NCBI GenBank assembly: GCA_032718475.1
Contig: JAUCBJ010004188.1
Location: 54,309 to 118,308, forward strand
Source of the DNA: Nemertoderma westbladi
Taxonomy: Eukaryota > Animalia > Xenacoelomorpha
Length of the DNA: 64,000 nucleotides
Direction of reading: 5' to 3'
In this document: in pieces, positions 1-12,549 of the stretch
Layout of the letters: each line of letters begins with the position of its first letter
Numbering within the stretch: position 1 is the first letter of the stretch
Notes under the pieces: model-generated
What the model was told of the DNA's origin: nothing
Database searches by the model: none
The model's input: only the letters and a program-made list of their open reading frames with translations
Position numbers and translations under genes: made by a program

Positions 1-2776
1 CCTAGTGGTGTGTACGATGCATCCTAGTGGTGTGGACCATGTATCCTAGTGGTGTGTACGATGTATCCTAGTGGTGTGTACGATGTATCCTTGTGGTGTG
101 TGTGGACGATGTATCTTTGTGGTGTGTGTGGACAATGTATCCTAGTGGTGTGGACAATGTATCCTAGTGGTGTGTACGATGTATCCTTGTGGTGTGTGTG
201 GACAATGTATCCTAGTGGTGTGGACAATGTATCCTAGTGGTGTGTACGATGTATCCTTGTGGTGTGTGTGGACAATGTATCCTAGTGGTGTGTACGATGT
301 ATCCTTGTGGTGTGTGTAGACAATGTATCCTAGTGGTGTGTACGATGTATCCCTGTGGTGTGTGTGGACGATGTATCCTTGTGGTGTGTGTGGAAAATGT
401 ATCCTAGTGGTGTGGACGATGCATCCTAGTGGTGTGGACAATGTATCGTAGTTGTGTGTACGATGTATCCTAGTGGTGTGGACCATGTATCCTAGTGGTG
501 TGTACGATGCATCCTAGTGGTGTGTACGATGTATCCTTGTGGTGTGTATGGACGATGTATCCTTGTGGTGTGTGTGGACGATGTATCCTTGTGGTGTGTG
601 TGTACGATGTATCCTTGTGGTGTGTGTGTACGAAGTATCCTTGTGGTGTGTGTGTACGATGTATCCTAGTGGTGTGTGTGGACGATGTATCCTAGTGGTG
701 TGTACGATGTATCCTTGTGGTGTGTGTGGACGATGTATCTTAGGGGTGTGTACGATGTATCCTAGTGGTGTGTGTGTACGATGTATCCGAGGGATGTGTA
801 CGATGCATCCTGGGGGTGTGTACGATGTATCCTAGTGGTGTGTGTGTACGATGTATCCTTGTGGTGTGTGTGGACGATGTATCCTAGTGGTGTGGGTGGA
901 CGATGTATCCTAGTGGTGTGTGTGGACGATGTATCCTAGTGGTGTGTACGATGCATCCTAGTGGTGTGTGTGTACGATGTATCCTAGTGGTGTGTACGAT
1001 GCATCCTAGTGGTGTGTGTGTACGATGTATCCTTGTGGTGTGTGTGGACGATGTATCCTAGTGGTGTGGGTGGACGATGTATCCTAGTGGTGTGTGTGTA
1101 CGATGTATCCTTGTGGTGTGTGTGGACGATGTATCCTAGTGGTGTGGGTGGACGATGTATCCTAGTGGTGTGTGTGGACGATGTATCCTAGTGGTGTGTA
1201 CGATGCATCCTAGTGGTGTGTGTGGACGATGTATCCTAGTGGTGTGTGTGGACAATGTATCCTAGTGGTGTGTGTGGACGATGTATCCTAGTGGTGTGTA
1301 CGATGCATCCTAGTGGTGTGTGTGTGCGATGTATCCTAGGGATGTGTACGATGCATCCTGGGGGTGTGTACGATGTATCCTTGAGGTGTGTGTGGACAAT
1401 GCATCCTAGTGGTGTGTACGATGTATCCTTGTGGTGTGTGTGGATGATGTATCCTAGTGGTTTGGACGATGTATCCTTGTGGTGTGTGTGGACAATGTAT
1501 CCTAGTGGTGTGTACGATGTATCCTAGTGGTGTGGACGATGCATCCTAGTGGTGTGTACGATGTATCCTTGAGGTGTGTGTGGACAATGTATCCTAGTGG
1601 TGTGTACGATGTATCCTTGTGGTGTGTGGACGATGTATCCTAGTCGTGTGGACGATGTATCGTAGTGGTGTGCACGATGTATCCTTGTGGTGTGTGTGGA
1701 CGATGTATCCTAGTGGTGTGGACGATGTATCCTTGTGGTGTGGACGTTGTATCCTAGTCGTGTGTACGATGTATCCTTGCGGTGTGTGTGGACGATGTAT
1801 CCTAGTGGTGTGGACGATGTATCCTTGTGGTGTGGACGTTGTATCCTAGTCGTGTGTACGATGTATTATAGTGGTGTGGGTGGACGAAGTATCCTAGTGG
1901 TGTGGACGATGTATCCTTGAGGTGTGGACGATGCATCCTAGTGGTGTGGACGATGCAACCTAGTGGTGTGTACGATGTATCCTAGTGGTGTGTGTGGACG
2001 ATGTATCCTAGTGATGTATCCTGGATGTAGGACAACTCGGTCCAGGACAATTCGGTCCCGGACAATTGATGATATTATAACAGTCCCTGAATGAGATCCA
2101 GCTATTATCTAAGATAATAATTTAGGCGTGTTAATATATACGCAATATATAATCTATCAGTTATTATATCAGCAATATATCAGTTTTTACACATATTAAA
2201 TGCATACTATTACTAGCTAGTAAATAATTCACAAGCTCCATAAAAACACCATAATAGCTACCATAACTAATAATGTTAACAAAAAAAGTAAAATTTTTTT
2301 ATTTTCAAAAAAAATACCTGTTAGTAAAAAAAAACACTAGCTACCATATAATGGTATCTTTTAAGGTTCTAGAACATTCACCATTTTATAGTACAGTAGT
2401 ACCAATTAAATTTGGTCCCGGACAATTCGGTCCCATTAATAAGCATATTTTGGGACCGAATTGTCCTAGTCAGTATCCGGTCAATTCGGTCCCGGACAAT
2501 AATTCGTTCCCAAAATACAAAATTAATGGGACCGAATTGTCCGGGACCGAATTGTCCGGACCGAATTGTCCGGACCGAATTGTCCGGACCGAATTGTCCG
2601 GACCGAATTGTCCGGACCGAATTGTCCGGGACCGAATTATCCTGCTTCCATGTATCCTAGTCGTGTGGACGATGCATCTTAGTGGTGTGGACAATATACC
2701 CTAGTGGTGTGGACGATATATCCTAGTGGTGTGGACGATATATCCTAGTGGTGTGGGTGGACGATGTATCCTAGTG
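1..2776. repeat. Tandem minisatellite, 22-bp unit CCTAGTGGTGTG(T/G)ACGATGTAT with 26-bp variants carrying extra GT
   Basis: Unit recurs from base 1 (running off the window edge) to about 2020 and resumes at 2650-2776 after a MITE insertion. Confidence 0.95.
2023..2649. mobile_element. Foldback/Mutator-like MITE with 14-15-bp subterminal repeats (GGACAATTCGGTCCC)
   Basis: Left end GGATGTAGGACAACTCGGTCC and right end GGACCGAATTATCCTGCTTCC are imperfect inverted repeats. A 9-bp direct repeat ATGTATCCT flanks it at 2014-2022 and 2650-2658, although this is partly confounded by the satellite unit. Confidence 0.75.
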
Positions 2777-3337
2777 TGGTGGAAGTGGACGAAATATGCT
2801 GCTTTTTTAATTTTTGATATTGCAAACTGGTGATTTCCCACCTACAAATAATTTTGTAGGGGTGTTCACCATAATAACAATTGAACTTACTGTTTACCTA
2901 TTAATACTACTATTTATAACTATACGATAACCATACAGTGCAGTAATCTTTTAAACATGTGATTCACTATATAATTACTCCGCCACCTTAAATATTATGC
3001 ACTAGTTTTTGTTTTGATGTTGTGTATTATCTAGACAGTATCGTCTTCGCTGCCTTCGGGTTGTCCTTTTTTTGTTTCGGATTTCACGTCCACCGATAAC
3101 ATAATTTTATGTTCTAGGACATAAAATTCTCCCTCGTATGATCCTTTATTAAAACTATAACAATGAGTTGATCTTGATCCCAAGTCACTTGATTGACTTG
3201 TCCCGAGCTGCCAGATGCAATGTTGCGTGAACAGTCCTTGAACCACAAACAAGTGTAAACCAAAAACGATATGACCATCAGACAAAAAAATCAGCGCACC
3301 GGCGCGGCGGCGGCGTGTGGCGTGGTGGCTACTTCAT

Positions 3338-3490
3338 ATTTTTCCACTTGATTGAGGATCAAGGACGGCTATCGCAGCATTGCATCTGACAAAAGTTATT
3401 GTGAGTGTACGCCGAAGGTAAACGCAATGGACGAGAATACAGACATTAATTAGTTACTGTAGTTTGTTCAATTCCATCGGACAGAACAAT
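3338..3490 (+). repeat. Dispersed ~150-bp repeat, copy 1
   Basis: TTTTTCCACTTGATTG..CAAGGACGGCTATCGCAGCAT..ATCTGACAAA..GAGAATACAGACA recurs, diverged, at 15855-16020. Confidence 0.75.
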
Positions 3491-3719
3491 TTTCTACATA
3501 TAAATGATTCCAGCTAGATACTAAAAGGACGAGTTTAATCCAAGTATCAATATATATCCTTAAAGTCGAACGATATGTATTCATAATATTTCATCAAAAT
3601 ATGAGAGATGATGTGGTCATACTAATTTACTTTAGTTTTTCTTTCACAAAATTAAAAGTAAACGTTCCAATTATATTTAACCCATTAATATCCAACATCA
3701 AATATTCAACATTCTATAC

Positions 3720-6700
3720 AACAGCCTTCGTTTCTATAGAGGGCGTCAACTTCGGTTCTATAGTGGGCGTCAACAACAGCCTTCGTTTCTATAGAGGGCG
3801 TCAACTTCGGTTCTATAGTGGGCGTCAACAACAACCTTCGGTTCTATAGAGGGCGTCGACAACAACCTTCGTTTCTATAGAGGGCGTCGACTTCGGTTCT
3901 ATAGAGGGCGTCAACTTCGGTTCTATAGGGGACGTTAACAACAACCTTCGGTTCTATAGAGGGCGTTGACTTCGGTTCTATAGAGGGCGTCGACTTCGGT
4001 TCTATAGAGGGCTTCGACTTCGGTTCTATAGAAGGCGTCAACAACAACCTTCGGTTCTATAGAGGGCGTCGACTTCGGTTCTATAGAGGGCGTTGACTTC
4101 GGTTCTATAGAGGGCGTTGACTTCGGTTCTATAGAGGGCGTCGACAACAACCTTCGTTTCTATAGAGGGCGTCGACTTCGGTTCTATAGAGGGCGTCAAC
4201 TTCGGTTCTATAGGGGACGTTAACAACAACCTTCGGTTCTATAGAGGGCGTTGACTTCGGTTCTATAGAGGGCGTCGACTTCGGTTCTATAGAGGGCTTC
4301 GACTTCGGTTCTATAGAGGGCGTCAACAACAACCTTCGGTTCTATAGAGGGCGTCGACTTCGGTTCTATAGAGGGCGTTGACTTCGGTTCTATAGAGGGC
4401 GTTGACTTCGGTTCTATAGAGGGCGTTGACTTCGGTTCTATAGAGGGCGTCGACTTCGGTTCTATAGAGGGCGTCGACTTCGGTTCTATAGAGGGCGTCG
4501 ACTTCGGTTCTATAGAGGGCGTAAACAACAACCTTCGGTTCTATAGAGGACGTCAACAACAACCTTCGGTTCTATAGAGGGCGTCGACTTCGGTTCTATA
4601 GAGGGCGTCGACTTCGGTTCTATAGAGGGCTTCGACTTCGGTTCTATAGAGGGCGTCAACAACAACCTTCGGTTCTATAGAGGGCGTTGACTTCGGTTCT
4701 ATAGAGGGCGTCGACTTCGGTTCTATAGAGGGCGTCGACTTCGGTTCTATAGAGGGCGTAAACAACAACCTTCGGTTCTATAGAGGGCGTCAACAACAAC
4801 CTTCGGTTCTATAGAGGGCGTCGACTTCGGTTCTATAGAGGGCGTCGACTTCGGTTCTATAGAGGGCGTCGACTTCGGTTCTATAGAGGGCGTCGACTTC
4901 GGTTCTATAGAGGGCGTCGACTTCGGTTCTATAGAGGGCGTCGACTTCGGTTCTATAGAGGGCGTCGACTTCGGTTCTATAGGGGGCGTAAACAACAACC
5001 TTCGGTTCTATAGAGGGCGTTGACTTCGGTTCTATAGAGGGCGTCGACTTCGGTTCTATAGAGGGCTTCGACTTCGGTTCTATAGAGGGCGTCAACAACA
5101 ACCTTCGGTTCTATAGAGGGCGTTGACTTCGGTTCTAAAGAGGGCGTCGACTTCGGTTCTATAGAGGGCTTCGACTTCGGTTCTATAGAGGGCGTCAACA
5201 ACAACCTTCGGTTCTATAGAGGGCGTTGACTTCGGTTCTATAGAGGGCGTCGACTTCGGTTCTATAGAGGGCTTCGACTTCGGTTCTATAGAGGGCGTCA
5301 ACTTCGGTTCTATAGAGGGCGTCAACTTCGGTTCTATAGAGGGCGTCAACAACAACCTTCGGTTCTATAGAGGGTGTCGACTTCGGTTCTATAGAGGGCG
5401 TCAACAACAACCTTCAGTTCTATAGAGGATGTCGACTTCGGTTCTATAGAGGGCGTCGACTTCGGTTCTATAGAGGGCGTCGACTTCGGTTCTATAGAGG
5501 GCTTCGACTTCGGTTCTATAGAGGGCGTCAACAACAACCTTCGGTTCTATAGAGGGCGTTGACTTCGGTTCTATAGAGGGCGTCGACTTCGGTTCTATAG
5601 AGGGCTTCGACTTCGGTTCTATAGAGGGCGTCAACAACAACCTTCGGTTCTATAGAGGGCGTTGACTTCGGTTCTATAGAGGGCGTCGACTTCGGTTCTA
5701 TAGAGGGCGTTGACTTCGGTTCTATAGAGGGCGTCGACTTCGGTTCTATAGAGGGCTTCGACTTCGGTTCTATAGAGGGCGTCAACAACAACCTTCGGTT
5801 CTATAGAGGGCGTTGACTTCGGTTCTATAGAGGGCGTCGACTTCGGTTCTATAGAGGGCGTTGACTTCGGTTCTATAGAGGGCGTCGACTTCGGTTCTAT
5901 AGAGGGCGTCGACTTCGGTTCTATAGAGGGCGTAAACAACAACCTTCGGTTCTATAGAGGGCGTCAACAACAACCTTCGGTTCTATAGAGGGCGTCGACT
6001 TCGGTTCTATAGAGGGCGTCGACTTCGGTTCTATAGAGGGCGTCGACTTCGGTTCTATAGAGGGCGTCGACTTCGGTTCTATAGAGGGCGTCAACAACAA
6101 CCTTCGGTTCTATAGAGGGCGTTGACTTCGGTTCTATAGCGGGCGTCGACTTCGGTTCTATAGAGGGCGTAAACAACAACCTTCGGTTCTATAGAGGGCG
6201 TCAACAACAACCTTCGGCTCTATAGAGGGCGTCGAGTTCGGTTCTATAGAGGGCGTTGACTTCGGTTCTATAGAGGGCTTCGACTTCGGTTCTATAGAGG
6301 GCGTCAACAACAACCTTCGGTTCTATAGAGGGCGTTGACTTCGGTTCTATAGAGGGCGTCGACTTCGGTTCTATAGAGGGCGTAAACAACAACCTTCGGT
6401 TCTATAGAGGGCGTCAACAACAACCTTCGGTTCTATAGAGGGCGTCGAGTTCGGTTCTATAGAGGGCGTTGACTTCGGTTCTATAGAGGGCTTCGACTTC
6501 GGTTCTATAGAGGGCGTCAACAACAACCTTCGGTTCTATAGAGGGCGTCGACTTCGGTTCTATAGAGGGCGTCGACTTCGGTTCTATAGAGGGCGTCGAC
6601 TTCGGTTCTATAGAGGGCGTCGACTTCGGTTCTATAGAGGGCGTCGACTTCGGTTCTATAGAGGGCGTCGACTTCGGTTCTATAGAGGGTGTCAACAACA

Positions 6701-9700
6701 ACCTTCGGTTCTATAGAGGGCGTTGACTTCGGTTCTATAGAGGGCGTCGACTTCGGTTCTATAGAGGGCGTCGACTTCGGTTCTATAGAGGGCGTCGACT
6801 TCGGTTCTATAGAGGGCGTCGACTTCGGTTCTATAGAGGGCGTCGACTTCGGTTCTATAGAGGGCGTCGAGTTCGGTTCTATAGAGAGCGTCAACTTCGG
6901 TTCTATAGAGGGCGTCAACAACAACCTTCGGTTCTATAGAGGGCGTCAACTTCGGTTCTATAGAGGGCGTCGACTTCGGTTCTATAGAGGGCGTCAACTT
7001 CGGTTCTATAGAGGGCGTCGACTTCGGTTCTATAGAGGGCATCGACTTCGGTTCTATAGAGGGCGTCGACTTCGGTTCTATAGAGGGCGTCGACTTCGGT
7101 TCTATAGAGGGCGTCGACTTCGGTTCTATAGAGGGCGTCGACTTCGGTTCTATAAAGGGCGTCGACTTCGGTTCTATAGAGGGCGTCGACTTCGGTTCTA
7201 TAGAGGGCGTCGACTTCGGTTCTATAGAGGGCGTCGTCTTCGGTTCTATAGAGGGCGTCGACTTCGGTTCTATAGAGGGCGTCGACTTCGGTTCTATAGA
7301 GGGCGTCGACTTCGGTTCTATAGAGGGCGTCGACTTCGGTTCTATAGAGGGCGTCGACTTCGGTTCTATAGAGGGCGTCGACTTCGGTTCTATAGAGGGC
7401 GTCGACTTCGGTTCTATAGAGGGCGTCGACTTCGGTTCTATAGAGGGCGTCGAATTCGGTTCTATAGAGGGCGTCGACTTCGGTTCTATAGGGGACGTTA
7501 ACAACAACCTTCGGTTCTATAGAGGGCGTTGACTTCGGTTCTATAGAGGGCGTCGACTTCGGTTCTATAGAGGGCGTCGACTTCGGTTCTATAGAGGGCG
7601 TCGACTTCGGTTCTATAGAGGACGTTAACAACAACCTTCGGTTCTATAGAGGGCTTCGACTTCGGTTCTATAGAGGGCGTCAACAACAACCTTCGGTTCT
7701 ATAGAGGGCGTCGACTTCGGTTCTATAGAGGGCGTCGACTTCGGTTCTATAGAGGGCGTCGACTTCGGTTCTATAGAGGGCGTCGACTTCGGTTCTATAG
7801 AGGGCGTCGACTTCGGTTCTATAGAGGGCGTCGACTTCGGTTCTATAGAGGGCGTCGACTTCGGTTCTATAGAGGGCGTCGACTTCGGTTCAATAGAGGG
7901 CGTCGACTTCGGTTCTATAGAGGGCGTCGACTTCGGTTCTATAGAGGGCGTCGACTTCGGTTCTATAGAGGGCGTCGACTTCGGTTCTATAGAGGGCGTC
8001 GAGTTCGGTTCTATAGAGGGCGTCAACTTCGGTTCTATAGAGGGCGTCAACAACAACCTTCGGTTATATAGAGGGCGTCAACTTCGGTTCTATAGATGGC
8101 GTCGACTTCGGTTCTATAGAGGGCGTCGACTTCGGTTCTATAGAGGGCGTCGACTTCGGTTCTATAGAGGGCATCGACTTCGGTTCTATAGAGGGCGTCG
8201 ACTTCGGTTCTATAGAGGGCGTCGACTTCGGTTCTATAGAGGGCGTCGACTTCGGTTCTATAGAGGGCGTCGACTTCGGTTCTATAAAGGGCGTCGACTT
8301 CGGTTCTATAGAGGGCGTCGACTTCGGTTCTATAGAGGGCGTCGACTTCGGTTCTATAGAGGGCGTCGACTTCGGTTCTATAGAGGGCGTCGACTTCGGT
8401 TCTATAGAGGGCGTCGACTTCGGTTCTATAGAGGGCGTCGACTTCGGTTCTATAGAGGGCGTCGACTTCGGTTCTATAGAGGGCGTCGACTTCGGTTCTA
8501 TAGAGGGCGTCGACTTCGGTTCTATAGAGGGCGTCGACAACAACCTTCGGTTCTATAGAGGGCGTCGACTTCGGTTCTATAGAGGGCGTCGACTTCGGTT
8601 CTATAGAGGGCGTCGACTTCGGTTCTATAGAGGGCGTAAACAACAACCTTCGGTTCTATAGAGGGCGTCGACTTCGGTTCTATAGAGGGCTTCGACTTCG
8701 GTTCTATAGAGGGCGTCAACTTCGGTTCTATAGAGGGCTTCGACTTCGGTTCTATAGAGGGCGTCAACTTCGGTTCTATAGTGGGCGTCAACAACAACCT
8801 TCGGTTCTATAGAGGGCGTCGACTTCGGTTCTATAGAGGGCGTCAACTTCGGTTCTATAGAGGGCGTCGACTTCGGTTCTATAGAGGGCGTCGACTTCGG
8901 TTCTATAGAGGGCGTCGACTTCGGTTCTATAGAGGGCGTAAACAACAACCTTCGGTTCTATAGAGGGCTTCGACTTCGGTTCTATAGAGGGCGTCAACTT
9001 CGGTTCTATAGAGGGCGTCGACTTCGGTTCTATAGAGGGCGTCGACTTCGGTTCTATAGAGGGCGTCGACTTCGGTTCTATAGAGGGCGTCGACTTCGGT
9101 TCTATAGAGGGCGTCAACAACAACAACCTTCGGTTCTATAGAGGGCGTCAACAACAACCTTCGGTTCTATAGAGGGCGTCAACAACAACCTTCGGTTCTA
9201 TAGAGGGCTTCGACTTCGGTTCTATAGAGGGCGTCAACTTCGGTTCTATAGAGGGCGTCAACTTCGGTTCTATAGAGGGCTTCGACTTCGGTTCTATAGA
9301 GGGCGTCAACTTCGGTTATATAGAGGGCTTCGACTTCGGTTCTATAGAGGGCTTCGACTTCGGTTCTATAGAGGGCGTCAACTTCGGTTCTATAGAGGGC
9401 GTCGACTTCGGTTCTATAGAGGGCTTCGACTTCGGTTCTATAGAGGGCGTCAACTTCGGTTCTATAGAGGGCGTCGAGTTCGGTTCTATAGAGGGCGTCG
9501 ACTTCGGTTCTATAGAGGGCGTCGACTTCGGTTCTATAGAGGGCTTCGACTTCGGTTCTATAGAGGGCGTCGACTTCGGTTCTATAGAGGGCGTCGACTT
9601 CGGTTCTATAGAGGGCGTCAACTTCGGTTCTATAGAGGGCGTCGACTTCGGTTCTATAGAGGGCGTCGACTTCGGTTCTATAGAGGGCTTCGACTTCGGT

Positions 9701-12438
9701 TCTATAGAGGGCTTCGACTTCGGTTCTATAGAGGGCGTCGACTTCGGTTCTATAGAGGGCGTCGACTTCGGTTCTATAGAGGGCGTCAACTTCGGTTCTA
9801 TAGAGGGCGTCGACTTCGGTTCTATAGAGGGCGTCGACTTCGGTTCTATAGAGGGCGTCGACTTCGGTTCTATAGAGGGCGTCGACTTCGGTTCTATAGA
9901 GGGCGTCGACTTCGGTTCTATAGAGGGCGTCAACTTCGGTTCTATAGAGGGCGTAAACAACAACCTTCGGTTCTATAGAGGGCGTCAACAACAACCTTCG
10001 GTTCTATAGAGGGCGTCGACTTCGGTTCTATAGAGGGCGTCGACTTCGGTTCTATAGAGGGCGTCGACTTCGGTTCTATAGAGGGCGTCGACTTCGGTTC
10101 TATAGAGGGCGTCGACTTCGGTTCTATAGAGGGCGTCGACTTCGGTTCTATAGAGGGCGTCGACTTCGGTTCTATAGAGGGCGTCGACTTCGGTTCTATA
10201 GAGGGCGTCGACTTCGGTTCTATAGAGGGCGTTGACTTCGGTTCTATAGAGGGCGTCGACTTCGGTTCTATAGAGGGCGTCGACTTCGGTTCTATAGAGG
10301 GCGTCGACTTCGGTTCTATAGAGGGCTTCGACTTCGGTTCTATAGAGGACGTTAACAACAACCTTCGGTTCTATAGAGGGCTTCGACTTCGGTTCTATAG
10401 AGGGCGTCAACTTCGGTTCTATAGAGGGCTTCGACTTCGGTTCTATAGAGGGCGTAAACAACAACCTTCGGTTCTATAGAGGGCGTCAACAACAACCTTC
10501 GGTTCTATAGAGGGCGTCAACAACAACCTTCGGTTCTATAGAGGGCTTCGACTTCGGTTCTATATAGGGCGTCAACTTCGGTTCTATAGAAGGCGTCGAC
10601 TTCGGTTCTATAGAGGGCTTCGACTTCGGTTCTATAGAGGGCGTCAACAACAACCTTCGGTTCTATAGAGGGCGTCAACTTCGGTTCTATAGAGGGCGTC
10701 AACTTCGGTTCTATAGAGGGCTTCGACTTCGGTTCTATAGAGGGCGTCAACAACAACCTTCGGTTCTATAGAGGGCGTCGACTTCGGTTCTATAGAGGGC
10801 TTCGACTTCGGTTCTATAGAGGGCTTCGACTTCGGTTCTATAGAGGGCGTCAACAACAACCTTCGGTTCTATAGAGGGCGTTGACTTCGGTTCTATACAG
10901 GGCGTCGACTTCGGTTCTATAGAGGGCGTCAACAACAACCTTCGGTTCTATAGAGGGCGTCAACTTCGGTTCTATAGAGGGCGTCAACAACAACAACCTT
11001 CGGTTCTATAGAGGGCGTCAACTTCGGTTCTACAGAGGGCGTCAACAACAACCTTCGGTTCTATAGAGGGCGTCAACTTCGGTTCTATAGAGGGCGTTGA
11101 CTTCGGTTCTATAGAGGGCGTCAACTTCGGTTCTATAGAGGGCGTCAACTTCGGTTCTATAGAGGGCTTCGACTTCGGTTCTATAGAGGGCGTCAACAAC
11201 AACCTTCGGTTCTATAGAGGGCGTTGACTTCGGTTCTATAGAGGGCGTCGACTTCGGTTCTATAGAGGGCGTCGACTTCGGTTCTATAGAGGGCGTCGAC
11301 TTCGGTTCTATAGATGGCGTTGACTTCGGTTCTATAGAGGGCGTCGACTTCGGTTCTATAGAGGGCGTCGACTTCGGTTCTATAGAGGGCGTCGACTTCG
11401 GTTCTATAGAGGGCTTCGACTTCGGTTCTATAGAGGGCGTCAACAACAACCTTCGGTTCTATAGAGGGCGTCGACTTCGGTTCTATAGAGGGCGTCAACT
11501 TCGGTTCTATAGAGGGCGTCAACTTCGGTTCTATAGAGGGCGTCGACTTCGGTTCTATAGAGGGCGTCGACTTCGGTTCTATAGAGGGCGTCAACAACAA
11601 CCTTCGTTTCTATAGAGGGCGTTGACTTCGGTTCTATAGAGGGCGTCGAGTTCGGTTCTATAGAGGGCGTCGACTTCGGTTCTATAGAGGGCGTCGACTT
11701 CGGTTCTATAGAGGGCGTTGACTTCGGTTCTATAGAGGGCGTCGACTTCGGTTCTATAGAGGGCGTCGACTTCGGTTCTATAGAGGGCGTCAACAACAAC
11801 AACCTTCGGTTCTATAGAGGGCGTCAACTTCGGTTCTATAGAGGGCGTCAACAACAACCTTCGGTTCTATAGAGGGCGTTGACTTCGGTTCTATACAGGG
11901 CGTCGACTTCGGTTCTATAGAGGGCGTCGACTTCGGTTCTATAGAGGGCGTAAACAACAACCTTCGGTTCTATAGAGGGCGTCAACAACAACCTTCGGTT
12001 CTATAGAGGGCGTCAACTTCGGTTCTATAGAGGGCGTCAACTTCGGTTCTATAGAGGGCTTCGACTTCGGTTCTATAGAGGGCGTCGACTTCGGTTCTAT
12101 AGAGGGCGTCAACTTCGGTTCTATAGAGGGCTTCGACTTCGGTTCTATAGAGGGCTTCGACTTCGGTTCTATAGAGGGCGTCAACAACAACCTTCGGTTC
12201 TATAGAGGGCGTCAACTTCGGTTCTATAGTGGGCGTCAACAACAACCTTCGGTTCTATAGAGGGCGTCGACTTCGGTTCTATAGAGGGCGTAAACAACAA
12301 CCTTCGGTTCTATAGAGGGCGTCGAGTTCGGTTCTATAGAGGGCGTTGACTTCGGTTCTATAGAGGGCGTCGACTTCGGTTCTATAGAGGGCGTAAACAA
12401 CAACCTTCGGTTCTATAGAGGGCTTCGACAACAACCTT
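3720..12438. repeat. 8.7-kb satellite, 24-bp unit CTTCGGTTCTATAGAGGGCGTCGA with 31-bp variants (+CAACAAC)
   Basis: Hundreds of near-identical units. Variants GTCGAC/GTTGAC/GTCAAC/TTCGAC/GTAAAC are interspersed, and there are no unique spacers. Confidence 0.97.
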
Positions 12439-12549
12439 GATTAACTTATAGTATCGGACCCATTCTACAAAAATCTATACGATACAGGCTTCATCTTTCT
12501 CAGGCACTCTTTCGTTATTTACCAGTCAGTTTAATATTTATTTTAAATA

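Noticed and set aside
24-1920. Cys/Val-rich short ORFs
   Set aside because: Translations of the 22/26-bp minisatellite.
3720-12438. CRISPR-like array or repeat protein (STPSIEPK / EVDALYRT / RRLRFYRG ORFs)
   Set aside because: No unique spacers or cas genes. The 7-bp inserts shift frame constantly, and ORFs arise only because the unit lacks stops in several frames.
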